The notes below the pieces were generated by a model, which saw nothing but the letters and a program-made list of their open reading frames with translations, had not been told where the DNA came from and ran no database searches. Source: Betaproteobacteria bacterium RIFCSPLOWO2_12_FULL_68_20 (GTDB taxonomy: Bacteria > Pseudomonadota > Gammaproteobacteria > Burkholderiales > SG8-39). From it: a DNA stretch of 64,000 nt. The DNA lies in assembly GCA_001770655.1 (NCBI GenBank), contig MERQ01000025.1, positions 5,753 to 69,752 on the forward strand. The letters run 5' to 3'. The position numbers and the translations under genes are program-made. Positions 40,309-49,301 of the stretch are shown here, piece by piece. Within the stretch, counting starts at the first letter, position 1; every line of letters begins with the position of its first letter.

Positions 40309-41277
40309 ATGAGGAGGATTTTCGCAGCAGTTGCAGTGCTGCTTGCGGCGATTGCGAGCGCCGCGGCGCTGGCGCAGGCCTATCCGGCCAAGCCGGTCAA
40401 GCTGGTCGTTCCTTTCCCGCCGGGCGGCAATGTCGACACCATCGGGCGGCTGATGGCGCAAAAGCTCACCGACGCGTTCGGCCAACAGGTGTTCGTGGAA
40501 AACCGGCCCGGTGGTGCGGGCATTATCGGTGCCGAAGCGGTCGCGAAATCCCCGCCGGACGGCTACACGATTTTCGTCGGCACCAGCGGAGCGCTGTCGA
40601 GCGCGCCGGCGCTGCAGCCGAAGCTTCCGTACGACCCGGTCAAGTCGTTCGCGCCGATCAGCGTCCTCACGGCCGCGCCGGTCGTGGTGATCGTCCAGGG
40701 CTCGATACCGGTGAGCTCGCTGAAGGAATTCATCGAGTACGCCAAAGCAAGGCCCGGCAAGCTCACCTACGGCTCGGCGGGGGTCGGGCACTTTTTGCAC
40801 GTCGCGGGAGAGGCGTTCAACGTCGCCGCCGGCGTGCAGCTGTTTCACGTCCCGTACAAAGGGGTGAACCAGGCGCTGGTCGACATGCTGGCCGGGCGGC
40901 TGGACGTGATGATCGACACAATCGTGATCTACGCGCCGCACGTGCAGAGCGGAAAGCTCAAGGCGCTCGCGGTGGCGCAGAAAAAACGGCTGGCGCGCAT
41001 GCCCGAGCTGCCGACCACCGCCGAGGCCGGGCTTCCCGGCTACGAGTTCGCTTCCTATTTCGGGATGCTCGCGCCGGCGGGAACGCCGGGCGACATCGTG
41101 CGGCGGCTGAACGCGGAAGTCGTGAAAGCCCTCGGATCGCCCGACGTGCTCGATGCGCTCAGCAAGATGGGCGTCGAGCCGTTCCCGACCACGCCCGAGG
41201 AGTACGCGAAGCTCATCGTCGAGGACGGCGCGAAGTGGAGGCAGATCGTCCAGACGGCCGGAATCAAGATCAACTGA
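40309..41277 (+). CDS. Bug/TctC-family substrate-binding protein
   Basis: 322 aa. Signal peptide, YPAKPVKLVVPFPPGGNVDTIGR, RPGGAGIIG, HVPYKGVNQA. Confidence 0.85.
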   Translation: MRRIFAAVAVLLAAIASAAALAQAYPAKPVKLVVPFPPGGNVDTIGRLMAQKLTDAFGQQVFVENRPGGAGIIGAEAVAKSPPDGYTIFVGTSGALSSAPALQPKLPYDPVKSFAPISVLTAAPVVVIVQGSIPVSSLKEFIEYAKARPGKLTYGSAGVGHFLHVAGEAFNVAAGVQLFHVPYKGVNQALVDMLAGRLDVMIDTIVIYAPHVQSGKLKALAVAQKKRLARMPELPTTAEAGLPGYEFASYFGMLAPAGTPGDIVRRLNAEVVKALGSPDVLDALSKMGVEPFPTTPEEYAKLIVEDGAKWRQIVQTAGIKIN

Positions 41278-41278
41278 A

Positions 41279-42367
41279 ATGAGCGTCCAGACGGCGGCGC
41301 GCAGGGACGCTCGCGTCGCCTCCGCCATCGACCACTGGGCGCCGCGCTTCGTCTCGAACGGCGTGCAGCTCGCCGATTTCGAGGAGGTCACGGCGGGCAT
41401 CTCGCGCTGGGAGGACTGGTGCGCCGCGTGGTGCGCGCGCGCAGGCGTGCACGAGGCGCTCGGCCGCGAGGCGCTGGCGCAGGGCTGGCGCCTCACCGCG
41501 GGCGAGCACCTGGTGCGCGCGGCGATGTACTACCACTTCGCCAAGTTCGTGTTCGTGCAGGATCCCGCGCAGATGCGCGCGGCGCACAAGAAGGCGGTCG
41601 AGTGCTACACCGATGCGCTGCCGCTCATCCGGCCGCCGGGAGAGCGCGTGGCGATTCCTTTCGACGGAAAGACGCTCTATGCCGTGCTGCGAAGGCCGGC
41701 TCCGGGGAGATGCCCGGTGCTCGTCATGGCGCCGGGCCTCGATTCCACGAAAGAGGAGATCCACGCCTACGAGGAGCCGTTTCTCGCGCGCTCTATCGCG
41801 GTGCTCGCGCTCGACGGCCCCGGGCAGGGCGAGGCCGAGTACGAGATCCCGATCGCAGGCGACTACGAGAAGGCGGCGCACGCCGTGCTCGACTGGATCG
41901 GCACGCGCCTCGACCTCGACGCATCGCGCGTCGGGATATGGGGCGTGAGCCTGGGCGGCTACTATGCGCCGCGCGCCGCGGCATACGAGAAGCGCATCCG
42001 GGCCTGCATCGCGCTCTCCGGCCCGTTCGAGTGGGCCGAGATCTGGGACGCGCTTCCCGAGCTCACGCGCGACACGTTCCGCGCGCGCAGCCATTGCCGG
42101 ACCGAGGCCGAGGCGCGGCAATACGCCTCTCGGCTTTCGATGAAGGACGCGGCGGGCCGCATCACCTGCCCCCTCCTTATCGTGGCGGGGCGGCAGGACC
42201 GGCTGGTGCCGGCCGAGCACGCCGAGCGGCTCGCGAAGAGGGTCTCGGGCCCGGTGGAGTTGCTGATGGTCGAGGATGGAGGCCACAATGCGAACAACCG
42301 GCCGTACCGGTACCGCAGCCGCTCGGCCGACTGGCTGGCGGCGCAGTTCGGCCTGCCCAAGGTTTGA
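41279..42367 (+). CDS. Alpha/beta hydrolase (FrsA / dihydroxypseudooxynicotine-hydrolase-like)
   Basis: ATG at 41279, 1 nt after the upstream stop. Helical N-domain, nucleophile elbow GVSLGG, C-terminal DRLVP...GGH. Confidence 0.7.
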   Translation: MSVQTAARRDARVASAIDHWAPRFVSNGVQLADFEEVTAGISRWEDWCAAWCARAGVHEALGREALAQGWRLTAGEHLVRAAMYYHFAKFVFVQDPAQMRAAHKKAVECYTDALPLIRPPGERVAIPFDGKTLYAVLRRPAPGRCPVLVMAPGLDSTKEEIHAYEEPFLARSIAVLALDGPGQGEAEYEIPIAGDYEKAAHAVLDWIGTRLDLDASRVGIWGVSLGGYYAPRAAAYEKRIRACIALSGPFEWAEIWDALPELTRDTFRARSHCRTEAEARQYASRLSMKDAAGRITCPLLIVAGRQDRLVPAEHAERLAKRVSGPVELLMVEDGGHNANNRPYRYRSRSADWLAAQFGLPKV

Positions 42368-42380
42368 CAGAGGAGGAGTC

Positions 42381-43331
42381 ATGAAACGCAACTGGATCGC
42401 GGCGGCTCTGGCATTGCTCGTACCGGCGCTCGCCGCGGCGCAAGGCTTTCCCAGCAAGACCATTCGCATCGTCTCGGGCGTGACGCCCGGCAGCGCCTCC
42501 GACACCATGGCGCGCATCCTCGCCGAGAAGCTCTCGCCTGTTTTCGGCCAGCCGGTGATCGTCGAGAACCGGCTTGGTGCCGGCGGGCTGGTCGGTGCCA
42601 AGTACGTAGCGTCCGCGGAGCCCGACGGCCACACGATGATGATGTACGCCTCGGCATTCACTGTCTCCACGCTGCTCAACCCCGGGCTCGATCCGAAGGA
42701 TCTCGCGCCGGTCGCGACCATGGCGACGATACCGACGGTGCTCGTCACCTCGCCCGAGAAGGGGTACAAGAAGGCGGCCGATCTGGTCGCCGCCGCCAAG
42801 GCGAACCCCGGCAAAGTGGTGTGCTCGACCGCGGGGATCGGCAGCGCCACCCACATGCAGCTGGAGCGCTTCCGCTTCTCCGCCGGCATCGAGGTTCTGA
42901 AGGTGCATATGAAAGGCGCGCCCGATGCGCTCACCGAGGTCCTCGCCGGCCGCGCGGACTGCTACTTCGCGCTCGTGTTCCAGGCGAAGAAGATGGCGGA
43001 CGCGGGCAAGGTCGTCGCGCTCGCCGTGGGAGGGCCGAAGCGCAGCTCGCTGATGCCGGACGTGCCCACCACCGTGGAACTGGGGTACGCGAACTCGGAT
43101 TACAATTTCTGGCTCGGCGTCCTGATCTCCTCGAAGACGCCACGGCCGATCGTCGAGCGCCTGCACCGCGAGATCAACGCACTGGTGCAGACGGCCGACC
43201 TGAGCGCCCAGATCAGGAAGCTCGGCGCGGATCCCCTCACCATGTCGCTCGCCGCGTTCCAGGGCATGATCGATGAGGAGCTGGAAGCGAACGCGAAACT
43301 GATCAAGGCCGCTGGCATCAAGGCGAATTAG
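42381..43331 (+). CDS. Bug/TctC-family substrate-binding protein
   Basis: ATG at 42381 after AGGAGGAG. Signal peptide, FPSKTIRIVSGVTPGSASDTMAR, RLGAGGLVG. Confidence 0.85.
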   Translation: MKRNWIAAALALLVPALAAAQGFPSKTIRIVSGVTPGSASDTMARILAEKLSPVFGQPVIVENRLGAGGLVGAKYVASAEPDGHTMMMYASAFTVSTLLNPGLDPKDLAPVATMATIPTVLVTSPEKGYKKAADLVAAAKANPGKVVCSTAGIGSATHMQLERFRFSAGIEVLKVHMKGAPDALTEVLAGRADCYFALVFQAKKMADAGKVVALAVGGPKRSSLMPDVPTTVELGYANSDYNFWLGVLISSKTPRPIVERLHREINALVQTADLSAQIRKLGADPLTMSLAAFQGMIDEELEANAKLIKAAGIKAN

Positions 43332-43340
43332 ACTGCGCGC

Positions 43341-43739
43341 ATGGCGACACCGACCGAGCCCCGCGGCTCCGAGCTGAAGCTCGACCCGTCGGCGCTGTAC
43401 CTCGAGGAGGTCTTCACCGACCGGAGGATCGGCACCATCCGGCGCCTCACCCCGATGAAAAAGGACGGCGCGCGCGACGCCGCGCGCGCCGTGCTCTACG
43501 TGGGCGAGACGCAGGTGCTCACGCCCGCGGGCGCGCTGCCGATCGCGTTCGAAATCGGCGCCGGCTCGCTCGAGGAGGCGGCCGAGAAGTTCGGCCAGCT
43601 CGCGAAGGAGGCGATCGAGCGCACGGTGAAGGAGTTGCAGGACCTGCGCCGCCAGGCCGCCTCCTCGATCGTCATCCCGCAGGGCGGCATTCCGCCCGTA
43701 GGCGGGATGCCGGGCGGCGGCAAGATCCAGATTCCTTGA
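43341..43739 (+). CDS. Hypothetical protein, no family recognised
   Basis: 132 aa, GC3-rich and codon-consistent. No signal peptide. Gly/Pro-rich tail IVIPQGGIPPVGGMPGGGKIQIP. Stop overlaps the sirtuin start (TTGA). Confidence 0.6.
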   Translation: MATPTEPRGSELKLDPSALYLEEVFTDRRIGTIRRLTPMKKDGARDAARAVLYVGETQVLTPAGALPIAFEIGAGSLEEAAEKFGQLAKEAIERTVKELQDLRRQAASSIVIPQGGIPPVGGMPGGGKIQIP

Positions 43740-44476
43740 TTGCCGAAGTCCGTTCCTGGATCGACGCGGCGTCGCGCATCGTCGCGCTCACCGGCGCGGG
43801 CATCTCCACGGACTCCGGGATTCCCGATTTCCGCGGCCCGCGAGGGGTGTGGACTAAGGACCCGCTGGCCGAGAAGCTCTCGAACATCCATCACTATCTC
43901 GCCGATGCGGAGGTGAGGAAAGCGTCGTGGCAGAACCGGCTGCACTCATCGGCATGGCAGGCGAAGCCGAATCCCGGCCACTTCGCTTTGGTCGATCTGG
44001 AGCGGCGCGGCAAGCTCCATGCGCTCATCACGCAGAACATCGACGAGCTGCACCAGCTCGCCGGCAACTCGCCTGAGCGCGTGGTCGAGGTGCACGGCAC
44101 CATGCGCAAGTTCATGTGCTGGGGCTGCGGCACGAGAGGGCCGATGCAGTCCGTGCTCGAGCGCGTGCGCGCGGGGGAGGAAGACCCGCGCTGCGAGGAC
44201 TGCGGCGGCATCCTGAAGAGCGACACCATCTCGTTCGGCCAGAACCTGGTGCCCGAGGTGATCGACCGCGCGATGCGGGTCGCGGGCGAGGCGGACCTGT
44301 TCCTTTCCGTGGGAACGAGCCTTCAGGTCTATCCCATCGCGGGAGCCGTCGACATCGCGCGGCAGGCGGGAGCGAAGATCGTGATCCTGAACGCGCAGCC
44401 GACGCCCTTCGACGGGGTCGCCGACGCGGTGCTGCCCGGCTCGATCAGCGAAGTATTGCCGGCGATCTGCGGCTAG
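43736..44476 (+). CDS. cobB: NAD-dependent protein deacylase (Sir2/CobB family)
   Basis: 246 aa, TTG start. GAGISTDSGIPDFRG, ITQNIDELH, VEVHG, Zn ribbon CWGCG...CEDCGG. Confidence 0.85.
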   Translation: MIAEVRSWIDAASRIVALTGAGISTDSGIPDFRGPRGVWTKDPLAEKLSNIHHYLADAEVRKASWQNRLHSSAWQAKPNPGHFALVDLERRGKLHALITQNIDELHQLAGNSPERVVEVHGTMRKFMCWGCGTRGPMQSVLERVRAGEEDPRCEDCGGILKSDTISFGQNLVPEVIDRAMRVAGEADLFLSVGTSLQVYPIAGAVDIARQAGAKIVILNAQPTPFDGVADAVLPGSISEVLPAICG

Positions 44477-45237
44477 ACCATCGCCGAACCGCCGTCCACC
44501 ACCAGCGTCTGGCCGGTGATGAACGCGGCGTCCTCGCTCGCGAGGAAGCTCACCGCGCCGACCAGGTCCTCGGGATGCTCGTCGCGCGCGATGGCGCGTG
44601 AGGCCTTGCTCCCCTCGCCGTGCTTGAGCTGCTGGGCGTGCTTGAGCATGCTCTCGGAGAGCGTGAAGCCGGGCGCGAGCGCGTTCGCAGTGATGCCGTC
44701 CTTGCCGACCTCGCGCGCGAGTGCGCGCGTCATCGCGATCACCGCCCCCTTGCTCGCGACGTAGTGCAGGAACAGCGGCACGCCCTTGATCGCCGCGCCC
44801 GAGGCGAGGTTGATGATGCGGCCGTAGCCGCCCGAGCGCATGTGCGGCACGCAGGCGCGGCAGCACAGGAACACGCCGAGCGTGTTCACCTCCATCACCT
44901 TGCGCCACTCGGCGGCGTCGATCCTTTCGAAGGGGCGAAGCTCGATCGGGGCGAAATACGCCGCGTTGTTGACGAGGATGTCCACGCGACCGAACGTCTT
45001 CATGGTCTCGGCCGCCATGCGCGCGACGTCGTCTTCCGAAGCGACATCGACTTGCAATCCGAGCGTCCGCGCATTGGCGCTCTTCGCGATTTCGGCGGCG
45101 GCAACGTCGTAGTTCTTCAAGTCCGCGACGACCACCGACGCTCCGTCGCGCGCGAGGCGCGTGGCAAGCACCTTGCCGATGCCGCTGCCTGCGCCGGTGA
45201 CGACCGCGACCCTGCCGCGTAGCTTCACGGGGCACAT
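44473..45237 (-). CDS. Short-chain dehydrogenase/reductase
   Basis: VAVVTGAGSGIGK cofactor loop, NNAAYF, SGAAIKG...YVASKGAV catalytic region. ATG at 45237 is preferred to the TTG at 45252. Confidence 0.8.
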   Translation of the reverse strand: MCPVKLRGRVAVVTGAGSGIGKVLATRLARDGASVVVADLKNYDVAAAEIAKSANARTLGLQVDVASEDDVARMAAETMKTFGRVDILVNNAAYFAPIELRPFERIDAAEWRKVMEVNTLGVFLCCRACVPHMRSGGYGRIINLASGAAIKGVPLFLHYVASKGAVIAMTRALAREVGKDGITANALAPGFTLSESMLKHAQQLKHGEGSKASRAIARDEHPEDLVGAVSFLASEDAAFITGQTLVVDGGSAMV

Positions 45238-45254
45238 GGTAGCATCGCTCAAAA

Positions 45255-46346
45255 ATGAAATTCGGCCTCAACTTCTTTCCCTCGTTCCGCCCCGAAGACT
45301 CGACCACGGCGGACTACTACGCGCAGTGCCTGTGGCTCGCCGAGCGGGCCGATCAGCTCGGCTACAGCTCGATCAAGACCGTCGAGCATTCCTTCTTCGA
45401 CTACGGCGGGCACTCGCCCAACCCGTGCGTGTTCCTCTCCGCGATCGCGGCGCGTACGAAACGCATCCGCCTCATCACCGGGGCGGTGATCCCGGCGTTC
45501 CACCACCCGGCGCACCTGGGCGGCGACCTCGCGATGCTCGACAACATGAGCAGCGGCCGCCTCGACGCGGGCTTCGGGCGCGCGTTCCTGCCCAAGGAAT
45601 TCGAGGTGTTCGGCGTGCCGATGGAGGAAAGCCGCGCGCGCTTCGAGGAAGGCATCGCGATCATCCGTCGCCTGTGGACCGAGGACCGGGTGACGCACAA
45701 GGGCCGCTTCTGGACGATCGAGGACGTGCATCTCATGCCGCGCGTGGTGCAGAAGCCGCACCCACCAATCTGGATCGCCGCGATCTCGGGCGAGGAATCG
45801 TTCACCTACGCAGCGCGCAACCGCTTCAACCTGATGATCGTTCCCTACGCCGGCAAGCCGGGCCTCCTGCAGGAGCTGGTCGGGCTTTACCGCAGGGTCT
45901 GCTCCGAGTCCGGCCACCCGCCGGGCGCCGAGCAGGTGCAGGTGGCGCAGTTCTGCTACGTCGCCGAGAAGCGCGACGAGGCGCGCGCCGGGTTCGAGCG
46001 CATCTGCAAACGGTACCTGCAGACTTTCGCCGATGCCTGCACCGCGTGGCAGGGCAGGTCATCCGACCAGTATCCCGGCTACGAAAGGATGGTCGCGAGC
46101 ATCATCGCGACCACGCCGGAGAAGATCGTCGCCAACGGCGGCGCGTTCGTCGGCACGCCGGACGAGGTCGCCGATCAGGTCAAGGCGTGCGCCGAGTCCT
46201 TCGGCGGCTCGATCGAGCCTTCGATGCAGATCAATTTCGGCGGCTCGAGCGACGCCGAGGCGTTCAGGACGCTGGAACTGTTCGCTTCGCGAGTGATGCC
46301 GCGGTTCCGGGAAAATTGGCGCCAGACCTCGGTTCTCGCCGGTTAG
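45255..46346 (+). CDS. Luciferase-like (LLM class) flavin-dependent oxidoreductase
   Basis: 363 aa MKFGLNFFPSFRPEDSTTADYY...SGRLDAGFGRAFLPKEF... Confidence 0.8.
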   Translation: MKFGLNFFPSFRPEDSTTADYYAQCLWLAERADQLGYSSIKTVEHSFFDYGGHSPNPCVFLSAIAARTKRIRLITGAVIPAFHHPAHLGGDLAMLDNMSSGRLDAGFGRAFLPKEFEVFGVPMEESRARFEEGIAIIRRLWTEDRVTHKGRFWTIEDVHLMPRVVQKPHPPIWIAAISGEESFTYAARNRFNLMIVPYAGKPGLLQELVGLYRRVCSESGHPPGAEQVQVAQFCYVAEKRDEARAGFERICKRYLQTFADACTAWQGRSSDQYPGYERMVASIIATTPEKIVANGGAFVGTPDEVADQVKACAESFGGSIEPSMQINFGGSSDAEAFRTLELFASRVMPRFRENWRQTSVLAG

Positions 46347-46353
46347 CCGATCC

Positions 46354-47154
46354 TCACTCTCCCTCGCATGGGCGCGCGGATTTCGCCATGCCGCGCAATT
46401 CCTCCATGACCAGCCCCTTGGCTTCCAGTCGTGCAAGATCCATGAACGCCCGGGCTGTTGCCGACGGCTGCTTGCCCAACGGATAAGCGAAGTACCAGTG
46501 GTTTTCCAGGGGAAAGCCGTCGACGTCCAGACAAATCAGTCGCGAGGCTTCGGGCTCCAGTCCGAGCGTGAAGCGCGACATGATCGACACGCCCAGGCCG
46601 GCCAGGATGGCCTCCTTGATCGTCTCGTCGGTGCTCAGCTCCAGCCTGATCTTCGGGGCAAGCCCGTGCTGCTCGAACAGTTTCGTCGCGAGCAGCCGTG
46701 TCCCGGACCCGGGTTCGCGCATGAGGAAGGGCTCCGCGGCGATGCGCTCGAAGCTGATCTGCCGCGCGTTGGCGAGAGGATGGTCGTCGCGCGCGAAAAC
46801 CACCAGCGGATTTGGCAGGAGCGCCTGGGTTACGACGTCTTCCCTGTCGATCGGCGAGGCGAAGAGGTAAAGATCGTCCTCGTTGTTTGCGAGCCGGTCG
46901 ATGAGCGTTTTGCGGTTGTGAATCTCCAGCGACGCGTCCACTCCCGGATAGCGCTGGATGAAGGCGCCGAGCATGCGCGGGGCGAAGTACTTACCCGTCG
47001 AGCAAACAGCCAGCCGCAGATGCCCGCTCTCCATGGCACGCATGCCGTTGAGCGCTTTTTCAAGCCCCGATAGCGCGCGGAATACGTCGTTGCAGCCGGC
47101 ATAAAGGCGTTGTCCGGCGTCCGTCGGGTAGACACGCTTGCCGACCTGTTCGAA
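46354..47154 (-). pseudogene. 5'-truncated LysR-family (CbbR-like) regulator lacking the HTH domain
   Basis: Homology starts at ...FEQVGKRVYPTDAGQRLYAGCNDVF directly after an in-frame TAG (47155-47157). About 50 N-terminal HTH codons are missing. The effector domain is intact. Confidence 0.7.
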
Positions 47155-47176
47155 CTACACGCAGTAGCCAGCGGCT

Positions 47177-47944
47177 CCGTTCCCCAGGCCGTTCTTCGAC
47201 ACCGTGCCGCTTACTTCCTTAGTGCGAGTGACTGGCTGTTTATGCTATCGTTCTTCTTCGCCTCGCCGGTCGCCATGGAGCTGCTCAAGGTTTGCTTCCG
47301 GCACCGGGCGGCAAGGACGATGGAAACGCCGCAGGGCCTGGTGTTAGGCGCACCTGTCGCCGGCTTCGCGCAGCAGGGCGCAAATCTCGCATCGATCTCG
47401 CAACAATTTGCAGGAGGGAGCAGCATGCTAAGGATACTCATCCCGGTCGACGGCTCCCGTAATTGCCAGTTCGCGGCGAAGCATGTCATCAAGGAATTCA
47501 TGAACAACACGGCGATGGAGATCCACCTGCTGAACGTGCAGCCGCCGTTCAGCAGCTACATCGCGCGCTTTGTCAGCAGGAAGAGCCTCCGCGACTACCA
47601 CCGCGACGCGGCCGAAAAGGCGCTGGGCCCGGTCAAGCAGATGCTCGACGGCTTCAGCATTCCTTACTCGGCGCACGCCGAGGTGGGTGAGAGGGCGAAA
47701 GCCATCACCGATACCGCCCGCCGCTTGCGCTGCGACCACATCGTGATGAGCACCGCGCGCAAGAACTCGCTCACCCGGCTGGTCGAAAACTCGGTCACCA
47801 ACAAGGTGATCGAACTGACTTCGATGCCGGTCGCGATAATCGCGGGCGAGGAAGCGTCGAAGTGGGAGCGCTACGGCATTCCGGCCGGAGTCGGGGTCGG
47901 GGTCGCGCTGGCCCTGTTGCTGGCGGCTGCGAACTGACTGATCG
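47177..47944. repeat. Direct repeat copy 1: P-type ATPase 3' tail (frame-broken) + usp gene
   Basis: Colinear with 53614-54360. Shared strings include CCGTTCC.CAGGCCGTTCTTCG.CACCGTGCCGCT, TTCTTCTTCGCCTCGCCGGTCGCCATGGAGCTGCTCAAG and the whole usp gene. Ends at ACTGATCG. Confidence 0.8.
47425..47937 (+). CDS. Universal stress protein family (copy 1), with hydrophobic C-terminal tail
   Basis: 170 aa MLRILIPVDGSRNCQFAAKHVIKEF...CDHIVMSTARKNSLTRLVENSVTNKVIE. ATG after GGAGGGAGCAGC. Confidence 0.8.
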   Translation: MLRILIPVDGSRNCQFAAKHVIKEFMNNTAMEIHLLNVQPPFSSYIARFVSRKSLRDYHRDAAEKALGPVKQMLDGFSIPYSAHAEVGERAKAITDTARRLRCDHIVMSTARKNSLTRLVENSVTNKVIELTSMPVAIIAGEEASKWERYGIPAGVGVGVALALLLAAAN

Positions 47945-48018
47945 CCAGGTACTTCTGCAAGGCGGGTGTGCCGAGTTGGCTGCGCGCTTAGGCGACGCGG
48001 AAGGCGAGAAGATTACCC

Positions 48019-48762
48019 ATGGAATGGCTGTCGGATCCGCAGGCATGGATTGCACTCGTCACACTCACGGCGCTGGAAATCGTCCTCGGCGTCGACAACA
48101 TCATCTTCATCTCGATCCTCGTCGGCCGGTTGCGGGAAGCGCAGCGGCCGCGCGCGCGCACGCTCGGGCTCGCGTTCGCCATGTTCACGCGCATCGCGCT
48201 GCTGCTCTCGCTCGCGTGGGTGATGACGCTCACCGAGCCGCTGTTCTCCTTGATCGGCAAGGAGATCTCGGGGCGCGATCTGATACTCATCGGGGGCGGC
48301 CTATTCCTGCTGTGGAAGAGCGTTCATGAGATCCACAACGCCCTCGAAGGAGAAGCGGACGAACACGCGGCGGCCGCGGTACGCGCGGGCTTCGCCGCGG
48401 TGATCGCGCAGATCGCGATCATCGACATCGTGTTCTCGCTCGATTCGGTGATCACCGCCGTCGGCATGGTCGAGCAGGTGCCGATCATGGTGCTCGCCAT
48501 CGTCGCGGCCGTCGGCGTCATGATGTTCGCGGCCGGACCGATCGGCGGGTTCGTCGACCGCCACCCCACCGTGAAAATGCTCGCGCTGAGCTTTCTGATC
48601 CTCGTCGGCATGGCGCTGATCGCCGAGGGCTGGGACTACCCGATACCGAAGGGCTACATCTATTTCGCGATGGCGTTCTCGGTCGGCGTCGAGATGCTCA
48701 ACATCCGCGTGCGCGCGCGCCGCCGGGACGCGGTCAGGCTGCGCAAGCACACGCCCGGTTGA
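48019..48762 (+). CDS. TerC-family integral membrane protein
   Basis: 247 aa. LEIVLGVDNIIFISIL and DIVFSLDSVITAVGM, the paired TerC motifs. Confidence 0.85.
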   Translation: MEWLSDPQAWIALVTLTALEIVLGVDNIIFISILVGRLREAQRPRARTLGLAFAMFTRIALLLSLAWVMTLTEPLFSLIGKEISGRDLILIGGGLFLLWKSVHEIHNALEGEADEHAAAAVRAGFAAVIAQIAIIDIVFSLDSVITAVGMVEQVPIMVLAIVAAVGVMMFAAGPIGGFVDRHPTVKMLALSFLILVGMALIAEGWDYPIPKGYIYFAMAFSVGVEMLNIRVRARRRDAVRLRKHTPG

Positions 48763-48783
48763 ACCGGCTCTCGCGCTGCCGTT

Positions 48784-48813
48784 TTGACGCGTGGAGAATC
48801 GCCGTGGTAAAAG
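48784..48813 (+). promoter_or_regulatory. Candidate sigma-70 promoter upstream of the riboswitch
   Basis: TTGACG (48784-48789) - 18 nt - TAAAAG (48808-48813), about 50 nt upstream of the riboswitch P1 stem. Confidence 0.3.
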
Positions 48814-48859
48814 GGCAATGCGCGCGGGGCTGATTTTTGAGGGAATCCCCAAAGCGCAC

Positions 48860-48992
48860 CTCCAAAGGGGAGTAGCCACGGCGGCGCGAGAGCAGCGCCG
48901 CTGCGGCAGGGCCGTCATCACGGGATGCGGGAGAATTTCCGCGTCCCCGGCCTTGCCGGCAACCGCAACGTTGCAAGCGAGACCTTTGCCTG
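48860..48992 (+). promoter_or_regulatory. yybP-ykoY (Mn2+) riboswitch
   Basis: CAAAGGGGAGTAGCC at the 5' side, GCAAGCGAGACCTTTG at the 3' side. P1 CAAAGG/CCTTTG. Internal helices CGGCGGCGC/GCGCCGCTG, CGGCAGGGCCG/CGGCCTTGCCG, GGGATGCGG/CCGCGTCCC give the expected four-way junction. Confidence 0.8.
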
Positions 48993-49103
48993 GACGGCGG
49001 TAGCCCAAATTGGGGCTCGTCCGAGGTAAAGGCCGCTTGCTGGCGGGGGTCACCCGGCGCCCCCAGCATGCGGTCCCCGAAGTCTCATGCGGAGGAGGAA
49101 CGC

Positions 49104-49295
49104 ATGCATCGCCGTACCGGACACCGCGAACGCCGCCGGCTCGGGTCCCCCATCCGGCAGCGCGCTGCCGTCCCACTGCCGGCCGCGTTTCCCGCTGCGG
49201 CTGCGGAACAGTTCCACTCTGGCCGGTTCCTCGGTCGCAAGCGCGCAAGCGTGCAATCGCCCGCGCCTCACAACCAACGACAAATTACCGAATAA
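49104..49295 (+). other. Upstream ORF / leader candidate between riboswitch and CaCA gene
   Basis: 63 codons, Arg-rich. ATG sits in the 3' arm of hairpin CATGCG-GAGGAGGAA-CGCATG (49086-49106) whose loop is a strong SD. Stop lies 6 nt before the SD-less ATG at 49302. Confidence 0.25.
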
Positions 49296-49301
49296 CACGA
49301 T

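Noticed and set aside
43736-44476. Sir2 gene as part of an anti-phage system (Thoeris/DSR/SIR2-HerA type)
   Set aside because: The sequence is a compact CobB-like deacylase with a Zn ribbon and full NAD pocket motifs. It has no TIR, HerA, SLOG or large N-terminal domain partner, and it is embedded in a catabolic operon.
47945-48018. A second Mn riboswitch in the terC leader
   Set aside because: The leader is only 74 nt and lacks the GGGGAGUAG and GAGAGACC elements.
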